Below are positions 39,225 through 48,273 of a stretch of DNA of 64,000 nucleotides, one piece after another (position 1 is the stretch's first letter; every line of letters begins with the position of its first letter). Source of the stretch: an uncultured Desulfobacteraceae bacterium (lineage in GTDB: Bacteria; Desulfobacterota; DSM-4660; Desulfatiglandales; Desulfatiglandaceae); the NCBI GenBank assembly GCA_964581175.1, contig CAZONI010000005.1:22225-86224 (forward strand), given 5' to 3'. Position numbers and translations under genes: made by a program. Below the pieces are notes generated by a model, which was given only the letters and a program-made list of their open reading frames with translations, searched no databases and was not told the DNA's origin.

Positions 39225-40853
39225 TCAGGCCACCAGTTCACTGGATACCTGTCCCATATCCTGGAAAAAATTCCTCATGGAGCGAGGAAAATCCAGGTCG
39301 TCTACAGTCCTGACCGTATCATCGATGGTCTGATCGCACCCTTGAAGGATCCTGGCACTGTTCACGTACACCTTTTGCAGAGCTTCCCGGGCAAAAATGC
39401 GGGCACAGGCCTTGATAAATTCCGGTGAACGGGACTGTCCGTTTCGCCGGTACACGGCGGCCTTCCTGCAAAGCGCATCGGCAACCTCAGACCACGTCAT
39501 CATGTCAGCAAGCAGGAACATGACGTACTGGCTTTTCGTCAGCTTCTGACGCCGCGATGCGAGGATCACCTCATTCACGGCACGAAGTCCTCGGGCCACC
39601 AGTGGGCCGCCACAGTCCGCGGACAGGGCGTCCAGTCTCTCGGCCATTTCGCGGTAAAAAGCCCCTTTGGATCTGACCGTGCTCCGCATGCGAAACATGG
39701 AGATGATGTTCCTCTGAATCTCGCTGGTCCCTTCATAAATAGTGAGAATCTTTACATCCCTCTTTATTTTTTCCACTTCGTACTCACGCATATAGCCATA
39801 ACCGCCGAAGGCCTGGATGGCATCGTTGGCGGTGGCATCGCCGGCCTCGGTAGCAAAATATTTTGCAATGGAACCTTCCACCTGCAAGTCTTCTTCGCCG
39901 GAGTCGATTCTCCGTGCAACCTCCTCGATGTAGGCGCGGGCAGCCTCGAGCTGAACGGCGTGGGGAACCAGGAGTTGATGGGTATATCCCTGCTTTTCCG
40001 CCAGGGTGGTCCCGAACTGGACCCGTTCTTTTGAATAGCGGACAGCCCGCTCCAGGGCGGCCATTCCGCCTCCGAGCCCGAAAGTGGCGACCATCAAACG
40101 CGTGTAGCCAAAAACCTTGTTGGCCTCTTTGAGTCCCTGTCCTTCGTTGCCGCCGATCAGATCTTCCGCCGGGACATACAGATCTTCCAGACTGAGTGGA
40201 CACGTATCGGACGCCCTGATCCCGTGCTTGTCTTCGTGCTTGCCCGGAGTCAGCCCTTCTGCACCTTTTTCTACGACAAAAAAGGAGGGGCCTTCCGGAG
40301 TATCGGCCAGAATAGTGTAGAGATCAGCCACTCCTCCGTTGGTGATAAACTGTTTCTGCCCGTTCAGCTTATATCCTGTGACATTTCCGCTTTCATCAAG
40401 GACGCGGACGGCCTTTGTTTTCAGGGATTGGACATTGGAACCGGCATTGGGCTCTGTCACACCGTACCCGACTATAAGTCCTTCTTCGGCAATCTTCGTT
40501 ATATATTTCTCTCTCTGTGCCTCGGTGGCGCCCACACGAAGGGGGTCCATCCCCAGGCAGATGGCCAGAAAAGAGGTGGCAATCCCCAGGTCCATTTTGG
40601 CCATGCGCTCCGAAACAACCGCAACTTCTGCGGCCCCTGCCCCTAATCCTCCGTAGGCCTCTGGAATAAAGATAAGATGCAGTGCTACCTCGGGACTCAG
40701 CATGAACCGGATGAGTTCCATGGGGAACTCACCGCTCCGGTCCATTTCCAGCTTTACCTCCAACGGCAGCTTGTCTTTTTCCAGTTTGTCTATGGTATTC
40801 AAGACCATCTGAAACATTTCCGGATCCATCTTGTTTGCCTGCGTCATCAACAC
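39225..40853 (-). CDS. acyl-CoA dehydrogenase with about 150-aa C-terminal helical extension (VLCAD-like architecture)
   Basis: GVTEPNAGSN, FITNG, YEGTSEIQ catalytic-base region. 542 aa. Confidence 0.9.
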   Translation of the reverse strand: MLMTQANKMDPEMFQMVLNTIDKLEKDKLPLEVKLEMDRSGEFPMELIRFMLSPEVALHLIFIPEAYGGLGAGAAEVAVVSERMAKMDLGIATSFLAICLGMDPLRVGATEAQREKYITKIAEEGLIVGYGVTEPNAGSNVQSLKTKAVRVLDESGNVTGYKLNGQKQFITNGGVADLYTILADTPEGPSFFVVEKGAEGLTPGKHEDKHGIRASDTCPLSLEDLYVPAEDLIGGNEGQGLKEANKVFGYTRLMVATFGLGGGMAALERAVRYSKERVQFGTTLAEKQGYTHQLLVPHAVQLEAARAYIEEVARRIDSGEEDLQVEGSIAKYFATEAGDATANDAIQAFGGYGYMREYEVEKIKRDVKILTIYEGTSEIQRNIISMFRMRSTVRSKGAFYREMAERLDALSADCGGPLVARGLRAVNEVILASRRQKLTKSQYVMFLLADMMTWSEVADALCRKAAVYRRNGQSRSPEFIKACARIFAREALQKVYVNSARILQGCDQTIDDTVRTVDDLDFPRSMRNFFQDMGQVSSELVA

Positions 40854-40883
40854 TCCTCCATTTAAAATAAAATCTCTTGTTTA

Positions 40884-40912
40884 TTGATATCGGCAGATCT
40901 CTTTCTTGTCAA
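40884..40912 (-). promoter_or_regulatory. candidate sigma70 promoter of the acd-helicase-small ORF unit
   Basis: Minus strand: TTGACA (40912-40907), 17-nt spacer, TATCAA (40889-40884). GGAGG precedes the acd start. Confidence 0.35.
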
Positions 40913-40953
40913 TGCTATACAAATTACTCTGCAAATTCGAAAAGCCGCCTGCG

Positions 40954-41469
40954 CTATTTTTCGATACCTTCCCGTGCCTGCACGCCTTCCTGATAGTAAT
41001 GCTTTATCTCTTTCATTTCCGTCACCAGATCGGCGACCTCGATAATCCGGGCGTCTGCCCTCCTGCCGGTAATGACAAGTTCAACTTCTTCAGGTCTCTT
41101 TTCAACAACAGCCAACAGCTCATCCACTGAAAACAGGTTGTAGTAAGTGGCGATCGTTGCCTCATCGAGGATAATCAGGTCATATTTCCCGGACGTCATC
41201 GCCTTTTCGGCCTTATCGAGCCCTTCCCGCGCCATCTGGATATCTTCCTTTTCGGGATCCTTATCGATGAAACAGTCACGACCGTATTGATGAATCGTAA
41301 TGAGGTCCGAAAATCGTTTGAGGCTTTCCAGTTCACTGTATTTCATCCCTTTGACAAACTGGCCGATATACGTCCTGAGACCCGCCCCGGCGGCACGCAA
41401 CGCGAGACCCAGGGCAGCGGTTGTCTTGCCTTTTCCATCACCGGTGTACACCTGCACATACCCCTTCAT
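40954..41469 (-). CDS. cobO: cob(I)yrinic acid a,c-diamide adenosyltransferase
   Basis: YTGDGKGKTTAALGLALRA P-loop and LDE...; 171 aa. Confidence 0.88.
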   Translation of the reverse strand: MKGYVQVYTGDGKGKTTAALGLALRAAGAGLRTYIGQFVKGMKYSELESLKRFSDLITIHQYGRDCFIDKDPEKEDIQMAREGLDKAEKAMTSGKYDLIILDEATIATYYNLFSVDELLAVVEKRPEEVELVITGRRADARIIEVADLVTEMKEIKHYYQEGVQAREGIEK

Positions 41470-41504
41470 TCCATTTTGCCCCTTTCAAAATCCGGCAACC
41501 CTTT

Positions 41505-41951
41505 TCAGCCTCCCGATATCACCTTTCGGAACGCCTCTTTGACCCTCTTTTCCAGATATCCGAGCAGTGAAGCATCCTCTTCAAAGACATCAAAACAGTA
41601 TCCATCTTCGCCCAATATCCCTTTAGGGACGAGGTTTCCCAGGCCCTGAGGATCAGAGACAGCGTCGGCGTAAAAGCATACGGAGAGCCACCTGTTCGCG
41701 GGATCATCATCCACCACATCCATCAGGAGCAACAATCGAGCATGTCCTTCGACGGTTACTTCCCCCCGCAGGGAATAGCTTACCCCGGGCCGAGCAAGGA
41801 AATCAAGTTCTGTTCCATTCAGGTCCAGGACGATCGATTTGAGCTGCAGCAAAAAATCCCTTACCGGGCTTGCCGTGCCGCCCCATGCCTGAAGGAATGC
41901 ACAGAAGTCTTCGTAGACCCTCGTGTTCTTGAATCTCCCCGCCACATTCAT
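41505..41951 (-). CDS. hypothetical protein
   Basis: 148-aa ORF packed between the RlpA-like gene and cobO. No motif recognised. Confidence 0.5.
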   Translation of the reverse strand: MNVAGRFKNTRVYEDFCAFLQAWGGTASPVRDFLLQLKSIVLDLNGTELDFLARPGVSYSLRGEVTVEGHARLLLLMDVVDDDPANRWLSVCFYADAVSDPQGLGNLVPKGILGEDGYCFDVFEEDASLLGYLEKRVKEAFRKVISGG

Positions 41952-41963
41952 GCTTTTCAGTCC

Positions 41964-42638
41964 TCAGCTTTCCAACTTGACCATCTCAACGAGAACTCTG
42001 GCAGTCCCCTTTTTGAAATATCCCAGCCTTTTTGCCGCACCTTCGCTCAGGTCAATAATTCTCTTCCCGACAAAGGGACCGCGGTCATTTACTCTCACTA
42101 TAATGCTTCTTCCATTCTCCAGATTTTTTACCCGCACGTAACTAGGCAACGGCAGGTATTTGTGCGCCGCGGTCAGGCCGCTCGGATCGAAGGCTTCTCC
42201 GTTCGCGGTCATATGGCCCCCCTTCTTTCTGTAGGTTTCATCTCCGTACCACGAAGCCAATCCTTTCTCCCTGTATTCTTCTGCCTGATTTGTGGACATC
42301 GGCACGTACCGCCGGCCATTCACCACATACGCGGAGGTTTTCACTTGCCCCCTCTTGATCGCCTCCCTGGGAGGCATGTCATCTATGGATTCAATGGGAT
42401 GAGTCAATGGCCATGTGAGAGGGGCCATTACAACCTTGAATGTGAATGCCCCCACCTTGTAGACGGCCTTTCCCGCGCCGAAAGCAACCTCTCCCGTCAC
42501 CTTGGTAACCCTGTAGCAGGTCGTAACCGTGCCTTTTGTTACATGGTACCCCTCCTTGATCAGACTGCAGGAGCAGACTATCAAGAAAAAGACGCAGAAC
42601 AGGCATGCGAGTAGTTCGTGGTATGGAATGCTGTTCAC
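41964..42638 (-). CDS. RlpA-like lipoprotein (DPBB domain only, no SPOR)
   Basis: GLASWYG...TANGEAFDP..LTAAHKYLPLPSYVRVKNLENGRSIIVRVNDRGPF. I prefer the GTG at 42638 (lipobox LIVCSC) because the longest ORF (to 42740) would overlap the upstream TPR gene by 80 nt. Confidence 0.75.
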   Translation of the reverse strand: MNSIPYHELLACLFCVFFLIVCSCSLIKEGYHVTKGTVTTCYRVTKVTGEVAFGAGKAVYKVGAFTFKVVMAPLTWPLTHPIESIDDMPPREAIKRGQVKTSAYVVNGRRYVPMSTNQAEEYREKGLASWYGDETYRKKGGHMTANGEAFDPSGLTAAHKYLPLPSYVRVKNLENGRSIIVRVNDRGPFVGKRIIDLSEGAAKRLGYFKKGTARVLVEMVKLES

Positions 42639-42660
42639 GGAAAAATTCGGAGAGGAATCC

Positions 42661-44115
42661 CTAGGGGTCCGGCGTGCCAGCGCGTCCGGGAGACTCCTGA
42701 CCGTATTTTTCAAGATATTTTCTTGCTGTCTCATTTCCAAGAGATTCCGCGTGCGTCCAATCTCTTACGGCGAGATCTCTATTTCCCAGCCGGGCATGTA
42801 TCCAACCCCTCCGAAGATACGTGTGTGGGTCAAGTGGAGAGGATTCTATGGAGCGGGTAAAGTCATCCAGGGCCTTTTCCATTTCCCCGATTCTGACATA
42901 AGCGATCCCCCTGTTGTAGTATACGTCGCCCTCCACCCCGTTCATGCCGATTACACGAGTATAATCATCAAGTGCATTTGTTACGTCTCCCACCCGCAGA
43001 TAGGTGTTCCCCCGGTTAAAGTAGGCCGACACCTCTGAAGGATTAGACTGGATCGCCTGCCCATACTCCTCCAGGGCAGCGTCATACTGCTCCAGACACG
43101 ATAACGCGATCGCCCTGTTCAGGTGCCCCCGGTAATCATTCGGATTCAACCCGACGTAAAGAGCCAGATCGTTTTCCGCAGCTTCGCAATCCAGCCCCTG
43201 CTGCAGTAAAGCAATCCCTCGATTCAAGTAAGCTTCGGTTGTTTTCGGATCCAATCCAATGGCATAGCTGAACTCTTCGATAGCCGTTATCCATTCTTCT
43301 TTCAACGCAAATGCACACCCGCGATCTACATGAGAGAGCGGATTTTCGGGCACAAGTTTCACCGCCAGGTCAAAATCCTCAATAGCGCGATCTATGTCTC
43401 CCTTCTTGAGAGAGGCGGCGCCACGGTTCATGAGGGCTACAACAGAGCCGCGGTCCAATTCCAGAGCTTGGCTGTAGGCGTCTATCGATTCGTCAAGGTC
43501 CCCCTGCGCGTACAAAGAGTCGCCTTTTTGGATGAGGTCCAGAAGGTCCTTCTCTTTTCGGCTTTCCCCATCGAGATCTCCTTTTGCAAGGAGGATCCTG
43601 GCCTTAACCACTTCCATCTCTTTTTTCAGCTTTTCAACATCCTCATTCGCCTCCACCGCTCTTTTTTCAGCTGTTTCGAGAGCCTCGACCTTTTTCTCAA
43701 GTTCTTCAAGCGCATCTCTTTGTTCCTTGGCCGATTCAATGTCTCCGGTCATCCTCGCCTTCAGATAGTAATTCCGCTCCTTCTCCCTTTCTTCAAGAAT
43801 TTCTGTCTTGAGGATCTGCCCTGCGACACCTCTCAACTGCTCCCGCGAATATCGGGCGGACGCCAGCGCGGGTTCTTCCAGAAGACCGGAGATCAATTCT
43901 TCCAGGAGCAGTGCTCTGACCTTCTCCATGGCCATTTCCCGCAGCTCCTGTTCACTCCTCTCAATCCGGCGGCTGTCGTGGTATTCCTTCTGGTACTTGA
44001 AAGAACCGGCAAAGGCAGATCTTGCCGCGGAGAGGTAGAAGGCAATATCTGCCAGGATGCGATGTTGATCTCCTGATGACTCCGCCCCATTGTAGTCAGT
44101 CATATTCGATACCAT
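42661..44115 (-). CDS. TPR-repeat protein with N-terminal coiled coil
   Basis: Multiple 34-aa repeats (A...Y.RG.A....G....A..D...A) in the C-terminal half. E/K-rich heptads in the N-terminal half. Confidence 0.8.
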   Translation of the reverse strand: MVSNMTDYNGAESSGDQHRILADIAFYLSAARSAFAGSFKYQKEYHDSRRIERSEQELREMAMEKVRALLLEELISGLLEEPALASARYSREQLRGVAGQILKTEILEEREKERNYYLKARMTGDIESAKEQRDALEELEKKVEALETAEKRAVEANEDVEKLKKEMEVVKARILLAKGDLDGESRKEKDLLDLIQKGDSLYAQGDLDESIDAYSQALELDRGSVVALMNRGAASLKKGDIDRAIEDFDLAVKLVPENPLSHVDRGCAFALKEEWITAIEEFSYAIGLDPKTTEAYLNRGIALLQQGLDCEAAENDLALYVGLNPNDYRGHLNRAIALSCLEQYDAALEEYGQAIQSNPSEVSAYFNRGNTYLRVGDVTNALDDYTRVIGMNGVEGDVYYNRGIAYVRIGEMEKALDDFTRSIESSPLDPHTYLRRGWIHARLGNRDLAVRDWTHAESLGNETARKYLEKYGQESPGRAGTPDP

Positions 44116-44198
44116 CTCTCTTCCCCTTGTCTACAGGGTTTACTGAAATACGAACATCCCCATCTGATTTCTACCCACAAATGGCTATTCTTGATCCT

Positions 44199-44351
44199 CT
44201 AACGGCGCCATTTCTTCCCGTATTTTTTCAGCAACTCGCGCATAGCCTCCTCGAGAATGTCATTAATGGGACGCTCGAGGTCGATGGCGAGTTTCTTGAA
44301 CTCCTTCAAGAGTTCGTTTGTCACCTGCGTTGAAAACACTTTCTTCCCCAT
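44199..44351 (-). CDS. ribbon-helix-helix (CopG/Arc-like) DNA-binding protein
   Basis: 50 aa from ATG 44351: KKVFSTQVTNELLKEFKKLAIDLERPINDILEEAMRELL shows a beta-strand, helix, helix pattern. No clear SD, so the start is uncertain. Confidence 0.5.
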   Translation of the reverse strand: MGKKVFSTQVTNELLKEFKKLAIDLERPINDILEEAMRELLKKYGKKWRR

Positions 44352-44366
44352 GGCAAAACGTCTAGC

Positions 44367-44447
44367 ATAAAGATATAAAGATGTCAAGTTATTTTTATTT
44401 ACATATATCGCGTTATTATAGAATACTTTTTTTCTTTATATCTTTAT
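44367..44447. promoter_or_regulatory. 14-bp perfect inverted repeats in an A+T-rich promoter region (candidate RHH operator)
   Basis: ATAAAGATATAAAG (44367-44380) and CTTTATATCTTTAT (44434-44447), 53 bp apart, immediately upstream of the RHH gene. Confidence 0.3.
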
Positions 44448-44578
44448 AAATGCGTAATGCTCAGGGAGGAAGCCTTTCCTGGAGCGCCTGATGAAAGGGC
44501 ACGGTAAGGCGCGCAAGAATCGGATGCACCGGATTCCTGGACAAGAATGAGACTATTTGAAGGAAGGCAGGGAGAGGG

Positions 44579-46840
44579 TTATTGGGAATTTCCCGTTTCC
44601 TGGGCCTGCGCAACGGTGACGGCAATCACGTTGACGACGTTTTCCATGTCCGCGCCCCGTTGAAGCACATTGAAGGGTTTGCTGATACCCATCAGCAACG
44701 GACCGACCGCCTTTGCGCCCCCAAGCCTGTCCAAAAGTTTGTAGGAGACGTTTCCGGAGGACAGATCCGGAAATATCAGTACATTTGCCGCACCGCCAAG
44801 GCGATTGAACGGATATTCGCTATTCAGAATCTCTTCGACCACTGCCGTATCCGCCTGCATTTCACCATCGATCACCAGGTCCGGCCTTGCTTTTCGGGCG
44901 TACTCGACCGCCTCGCGCACTCGCTTCGCATCCGGATGGCGGGTGCTGCCGAAGTTGGAAAAGGAAAGCATTGCTATGCGAGGCTGAATATCAAAAAAAC
45001 GTGCCATGTCCGCGGCAAGCACGGCTATCTCCGCAAGCTCTTCCACACTCGGGTGAAAATTGACGGTCGCGTCCGCGAACAGGAGGGTACGGTCCCGAAA
45101 AATCATGAGGTATATACCGGCTACTATGGCAACGCCGTCACGCCGGGGGATAACCTGGAGAACGGGACGTATAGCATCCGGATATGGTCTTCTGATTCCG
45201 TGTACCTGGCCGTCAACCAGGCCCTCGTTCACCATCATCGCCCCGAAAACATAGCGGTTATGAAGCTGCACTCTCGTTTCATCGATGGACCATCCTTTTC
45301 TGCATCGCATACGAAATAATTTCTCGGAAAACTCAGGAAAGAGGGGACTCGTGAGAGGGTCCAGGATCTCGATCCCGTCCATCGGAACGTGAAGCTCCCT
45401 TGCGAGGTGTAGAATTTCCTCCTTAGTTCCGAGGAGCAGAGGCCTGGCAATTCCTTCCCGCACGGCCTGGTGAGCCGCCCGCAGGATAACAGCATGGTCC
45501 CCTTCAGGGAGGACGATTTTCATGGGTCTCATCCTGGCCCGGTTTATGATCTTCCGCATGATCTCCCGCTCGGGCCCCAGAATTCTTTCCAGATGCTGCA
45601 CATAGTGGTCCTTGTCCGGTACGGCCCTCCTGGCGACGCCGCTCTCTTCAGCCGCCTTTGCGACGGCCGGTGCGACCTTGAGAAGCACCCGGGAATCAAG
45701 CGGTTTGGGGATGATATACTCGGGACCGAACCGCATGGGTTTCCCCCCATAGGCGCGCACCACCGAGTCCGGTACTTCTTCCTTTGCCAGTTCCGCCAGG
45801 GCACGCACTGCGGCAATCTTCATCGCCTCATTGATGGTGGTCGTTCTCGCGTCCAGGGCCCCCCTGAAGATAGAGGGAAATCCCAGGACATTGTTCACCT
45901 GATTGGGACAGTCTGAACGTCCTGTTGCGACGATAGCATCAGGCCTGGCAGCCTTTGCTTCAAAATAGTCTATCTCGGGATCTGGATTGGCCAGGGCAAA
46001 AATGATGGGTTTTTCAGCCATGAGCATGAGAAGTTCCCGGGTAAAGGCACCCTTGACAGATAAACCCATCAGGACATCCGCTCCCTTGGCGGTTTCCTCC
46101 AGGCTGCGGAGTGGTGTCTCGGACGCAAAAAATTCTTTATAGCTGTTCATCCCCTTCGTACGTCCTTTGTAGATGAGGCCCCTTGAGTCCAGCATCATCA
46201 GATGATCTTGCCTTACTCCCAGGTATAATTGCATTTTCGCGCACGCGATAGCCGCTGCCCCTGCCCCGTTTATCACGACCCGGATGTCTTCCAGTTTCCT
46301 GCCCGTGAGTTCGCACGCATTAATGAGTGCCGCGCAGGAAATAATCGCAGTACCGTGCTGATCGTCGTGGAAAACGGGGATGGACATCTGGCGCTTAAGC
46401 TCCTCTTCGATGTAAAAGCAGTCCGGGGCTTTAATGTCCTCGAGATTGATCCCTCCGAATGTAGGCTCCAGCAATCTGACAGTTCTGATGAACTCGTCCG
46501 GATCACCGGTATTTATCTCGATATCAAATACATCCAGGTCGGCGAAGCGCTTGAAGAGAACGGCCTTCCCTTCCATCACCGGCTTGGCAGCCAGCGGGCC
46601 GATGTTCCCGAGTCCCAGCACCGCGGTCCCGTTCGTCACCACCCCGACCAGACTCCCGCGGGAGGTATATTCAAAAGAAAGGTTCGCGTTTTCCTGGATT
46701 CTCAGGGCCGGAACAGCGACACCCGGCGTATACGCCAGGCTGAGATCCGACTGAGACACGCAGGGCTTGAGAGGAACCACCTCGATTTTCCCGGGCCTGG
46801 GTTCGCTGTGGTAACGAATGGCTTCCTTTTCATACAACAT
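44579..46840 (-). CDS. maeB: NADP-dependent malic enzyme with phosphotransacetylase-like C-terminal domain
   Basis: 753 aa. The N-terminal malic-enzyme domain (DLSLAYTPGVA..., FHDDQHGTA, GAGAAA) is followed by a PTA-like domain. Confidence 0.93.
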   Translation of the reverse strand: MLYEKEAIRYHSEPRPGKIEVVPLKPCVSQSDLSLAYTPGVAVPALRIQENANLSFEYTSRGSLVGVVTNGTAVLGLGNIGPLAAKPVMEGKAVLFKRFADLDVFDIEINTGDPDEFIRTVRLLEPTFGGINLEDIKAPDCFYIEEELKRQMSIPVFHDDQHGTAIISCAALINACELTGRKLEDIRVVINGAGAAAIACAKMQLYLGVRQDHLMMLDSRGLIYKGRTKGMNSYKEFFASETPLRSLEETAKGADVLMGLSVKGAFTRELLMLMAEKPIIFALANPDPEIDYFEAKAARPDAIVATGRSDCPNQVNNVLGFPSIFRGALDARTTTINEAMKIAAVRALAELAKEEVPDSVVRAYGGKPMRFGPEYIIPKPLDSRVLLKVAPAVAKAAEESGVARRAVPDKDHYVQHLERILGPEREIMRKIINRARMRPMKIVLPEGDHAVILRAAHQAVREGIARPLLLGTKEEILHLARELHVPMDGIEILDPLTSPLFPEFSEKLFRMRCRKGWSIDETRVQLHNRYVFGAMMVNEGLVDGQVHGIRRPYPDAIRPVLQVIPRRDGVAIVAGIYLMIFRDRTLLFADATVNFHPSVEELAEIAVLAADMARFFDIQPRIAMLSFSNFGSTRHPDAKRVREAVEYARKARPDLVIDGEMQADTAVVEEILNSEYPFNRLGGAANVLIFPDLSSGNVSYKLLDRLGGAKAVGPLLMGISKPFNVLQRGADMENVVNVIAVTVAQAQETGNSQ

Positions 46841-46892
46841 TATGCATGTTCTCCTTGCGTTTTCCGGCGGTGTGTCTCTTCAAACAATATGG

Positions 46893-48263
46893 TCAGCCGA
46901 CGAATCTCAGATAGGACGTTACGAAGATCAGGTAAATGAGGAGACCCAGTATATCATTTGAGGTCGCCACAAAAGGCACAGTGCCAAGGGCGGGATCAAA
47001 ATGAAGTTTTCTCAAGGCAATAGGCACCGAGGCCCCAAGGAAGCTCGCGTTGAGGACAATAACCACAAGGGCCAGCCCCACAACAGATCCCAGGCGGAAG
47101 TCGGATATCCAGAGTCCTACAATTGCTCCGAGCAGAACCCCGCATATAAGCCCATTGAGCAGGGCCACTTTCATCTCAACAAGCAGTCGCCTCCCGATTT
47201 TCAGAAGACTGATATCTCCGGTTGCCAGCCCTCGAACAACGATCGTGGCGGCCTGGTTGCCCGTGCTCCCTCCCATGGCCATAATAACAGGGAAAAAAAA
47301 AGAAAGCGCTATAATCTTTTCTATGGATGTTTCAAACCTGCTGATTACGAGTGCGGATACGATTTCTCCCAAAAGCCCTGCTATCAGCCAGGGCAGCCGT
47401 GCTCTGGAGATCTTCAGGGGGGAATCTTCCGTGATCTCCTGGTTGATCACGCCGACCATGAAAGAGATGTCTTCATCCGTTTCCTCTTCAATGACGTCAA
47501 TGATATCATCATGGGTGATGCGGCCTATCAAACGATGTTGAGCGTCCACGACCGGGATATTGACGAGGTCATATTTCTTGACGAGGTGAACCACCTCTTC
47601 CTGGTCGGCGTCCGGATGGATTGAAATAACTTCAGGATTCATGATTTCCCTGATCTTGCGATCAGACGATGGTTCCAGGACAAGGTCCTTCAGGGAGATG
47701 ACGCCTACGAGTCTCCCAAAATCATCTACCACCCAGATGTAGTAGAGATTTCCAACTTCCTCTCTCTTTTCCCGGATAAGGCGGATGGCATCTCCGACCG
47801 TGGCATCATCGCGAATGGCCATGTACTCCAGGCCCATGAGCCCCCCTGCCGTATCATCAGGGTATGGAAGGAGTTTCTCCAGGTCCTGGGAAACATCTTC
47901 TCCCAGAGTCTCTATAATTTCTTTGGCACGGTCGGCGGGAAGGTCGCCGACGAGGTCTGCTGCGTCATCGGATTCCAGCCCCTGGACGATTTCCGATATG
48001 GCCTGATTATCGAGACCTTCAAGAATGCGCCCCTGAACAGGGGGTTCAATCTCTACCAGGACATCTCCGGCACCTTCGGGCTCAAGGACATTGAAAATGG
48101 AAATCCGTTCATCGCGGTCCAGGTGTTCTATGAGATCCGCCACGTCAGCGGGCATCATCTCTTCAAGGAGCCTGCCGAGAGCCTTCTGGTCTCCCTGTTG
48201 GATGAAGTTCTTGGCATCGTCGATCAATTTTTCGCTGATTTGAGATTTCGCAAGACGCGTCAA
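46893..48263 (-). CDS. mgtE: magnesium transporter MgtE
   Basis: MgtE N-domain, CBS pair and five-TM C-terminal domain (...GNQAATIVVRGLATG...). Confidence 0.93.
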   Translation of the reverse strand: MTRLAKSQISEKLIDDAKNFIQQGDQKALGRLLEEMMPADVADLIEHLDRDERISIFNVLEPEGAGDVLVEIEPPVQGRILEGLDNQAISEIVQGLESDDAADLVGDLPADRAKEIIETLGEDVSQDLEKLLPYPDDTAGGLMGLEYMAIRDDATVGDAIRLIREKREEVGNLYYIWVVDDFGRLVGVISLKDLVLEPSSDRKIREIMNPEVISIHPDADQEEVVHLVKKYDLVNIPVVDAQHRLIGRITHDDIIDVIEEETDEDISFMVGVINQEITEDSPLKISRARLPWLIAGLLGEIVSALVISRFETSIEKIIALSFFFPVIMAMGGSTGNQAATIVVRGLATGDISLLKIGRRLLVEMKVALLNGLICGVLLGAIVGLWISDFRLGSVVGLALVVIVLNASFLGASVPIALRKLHFDPALGTVPFVATSNDILGLLIYLIFVTSYLRFVG

Positions 48264-48273
48264 AGTATTTCTC

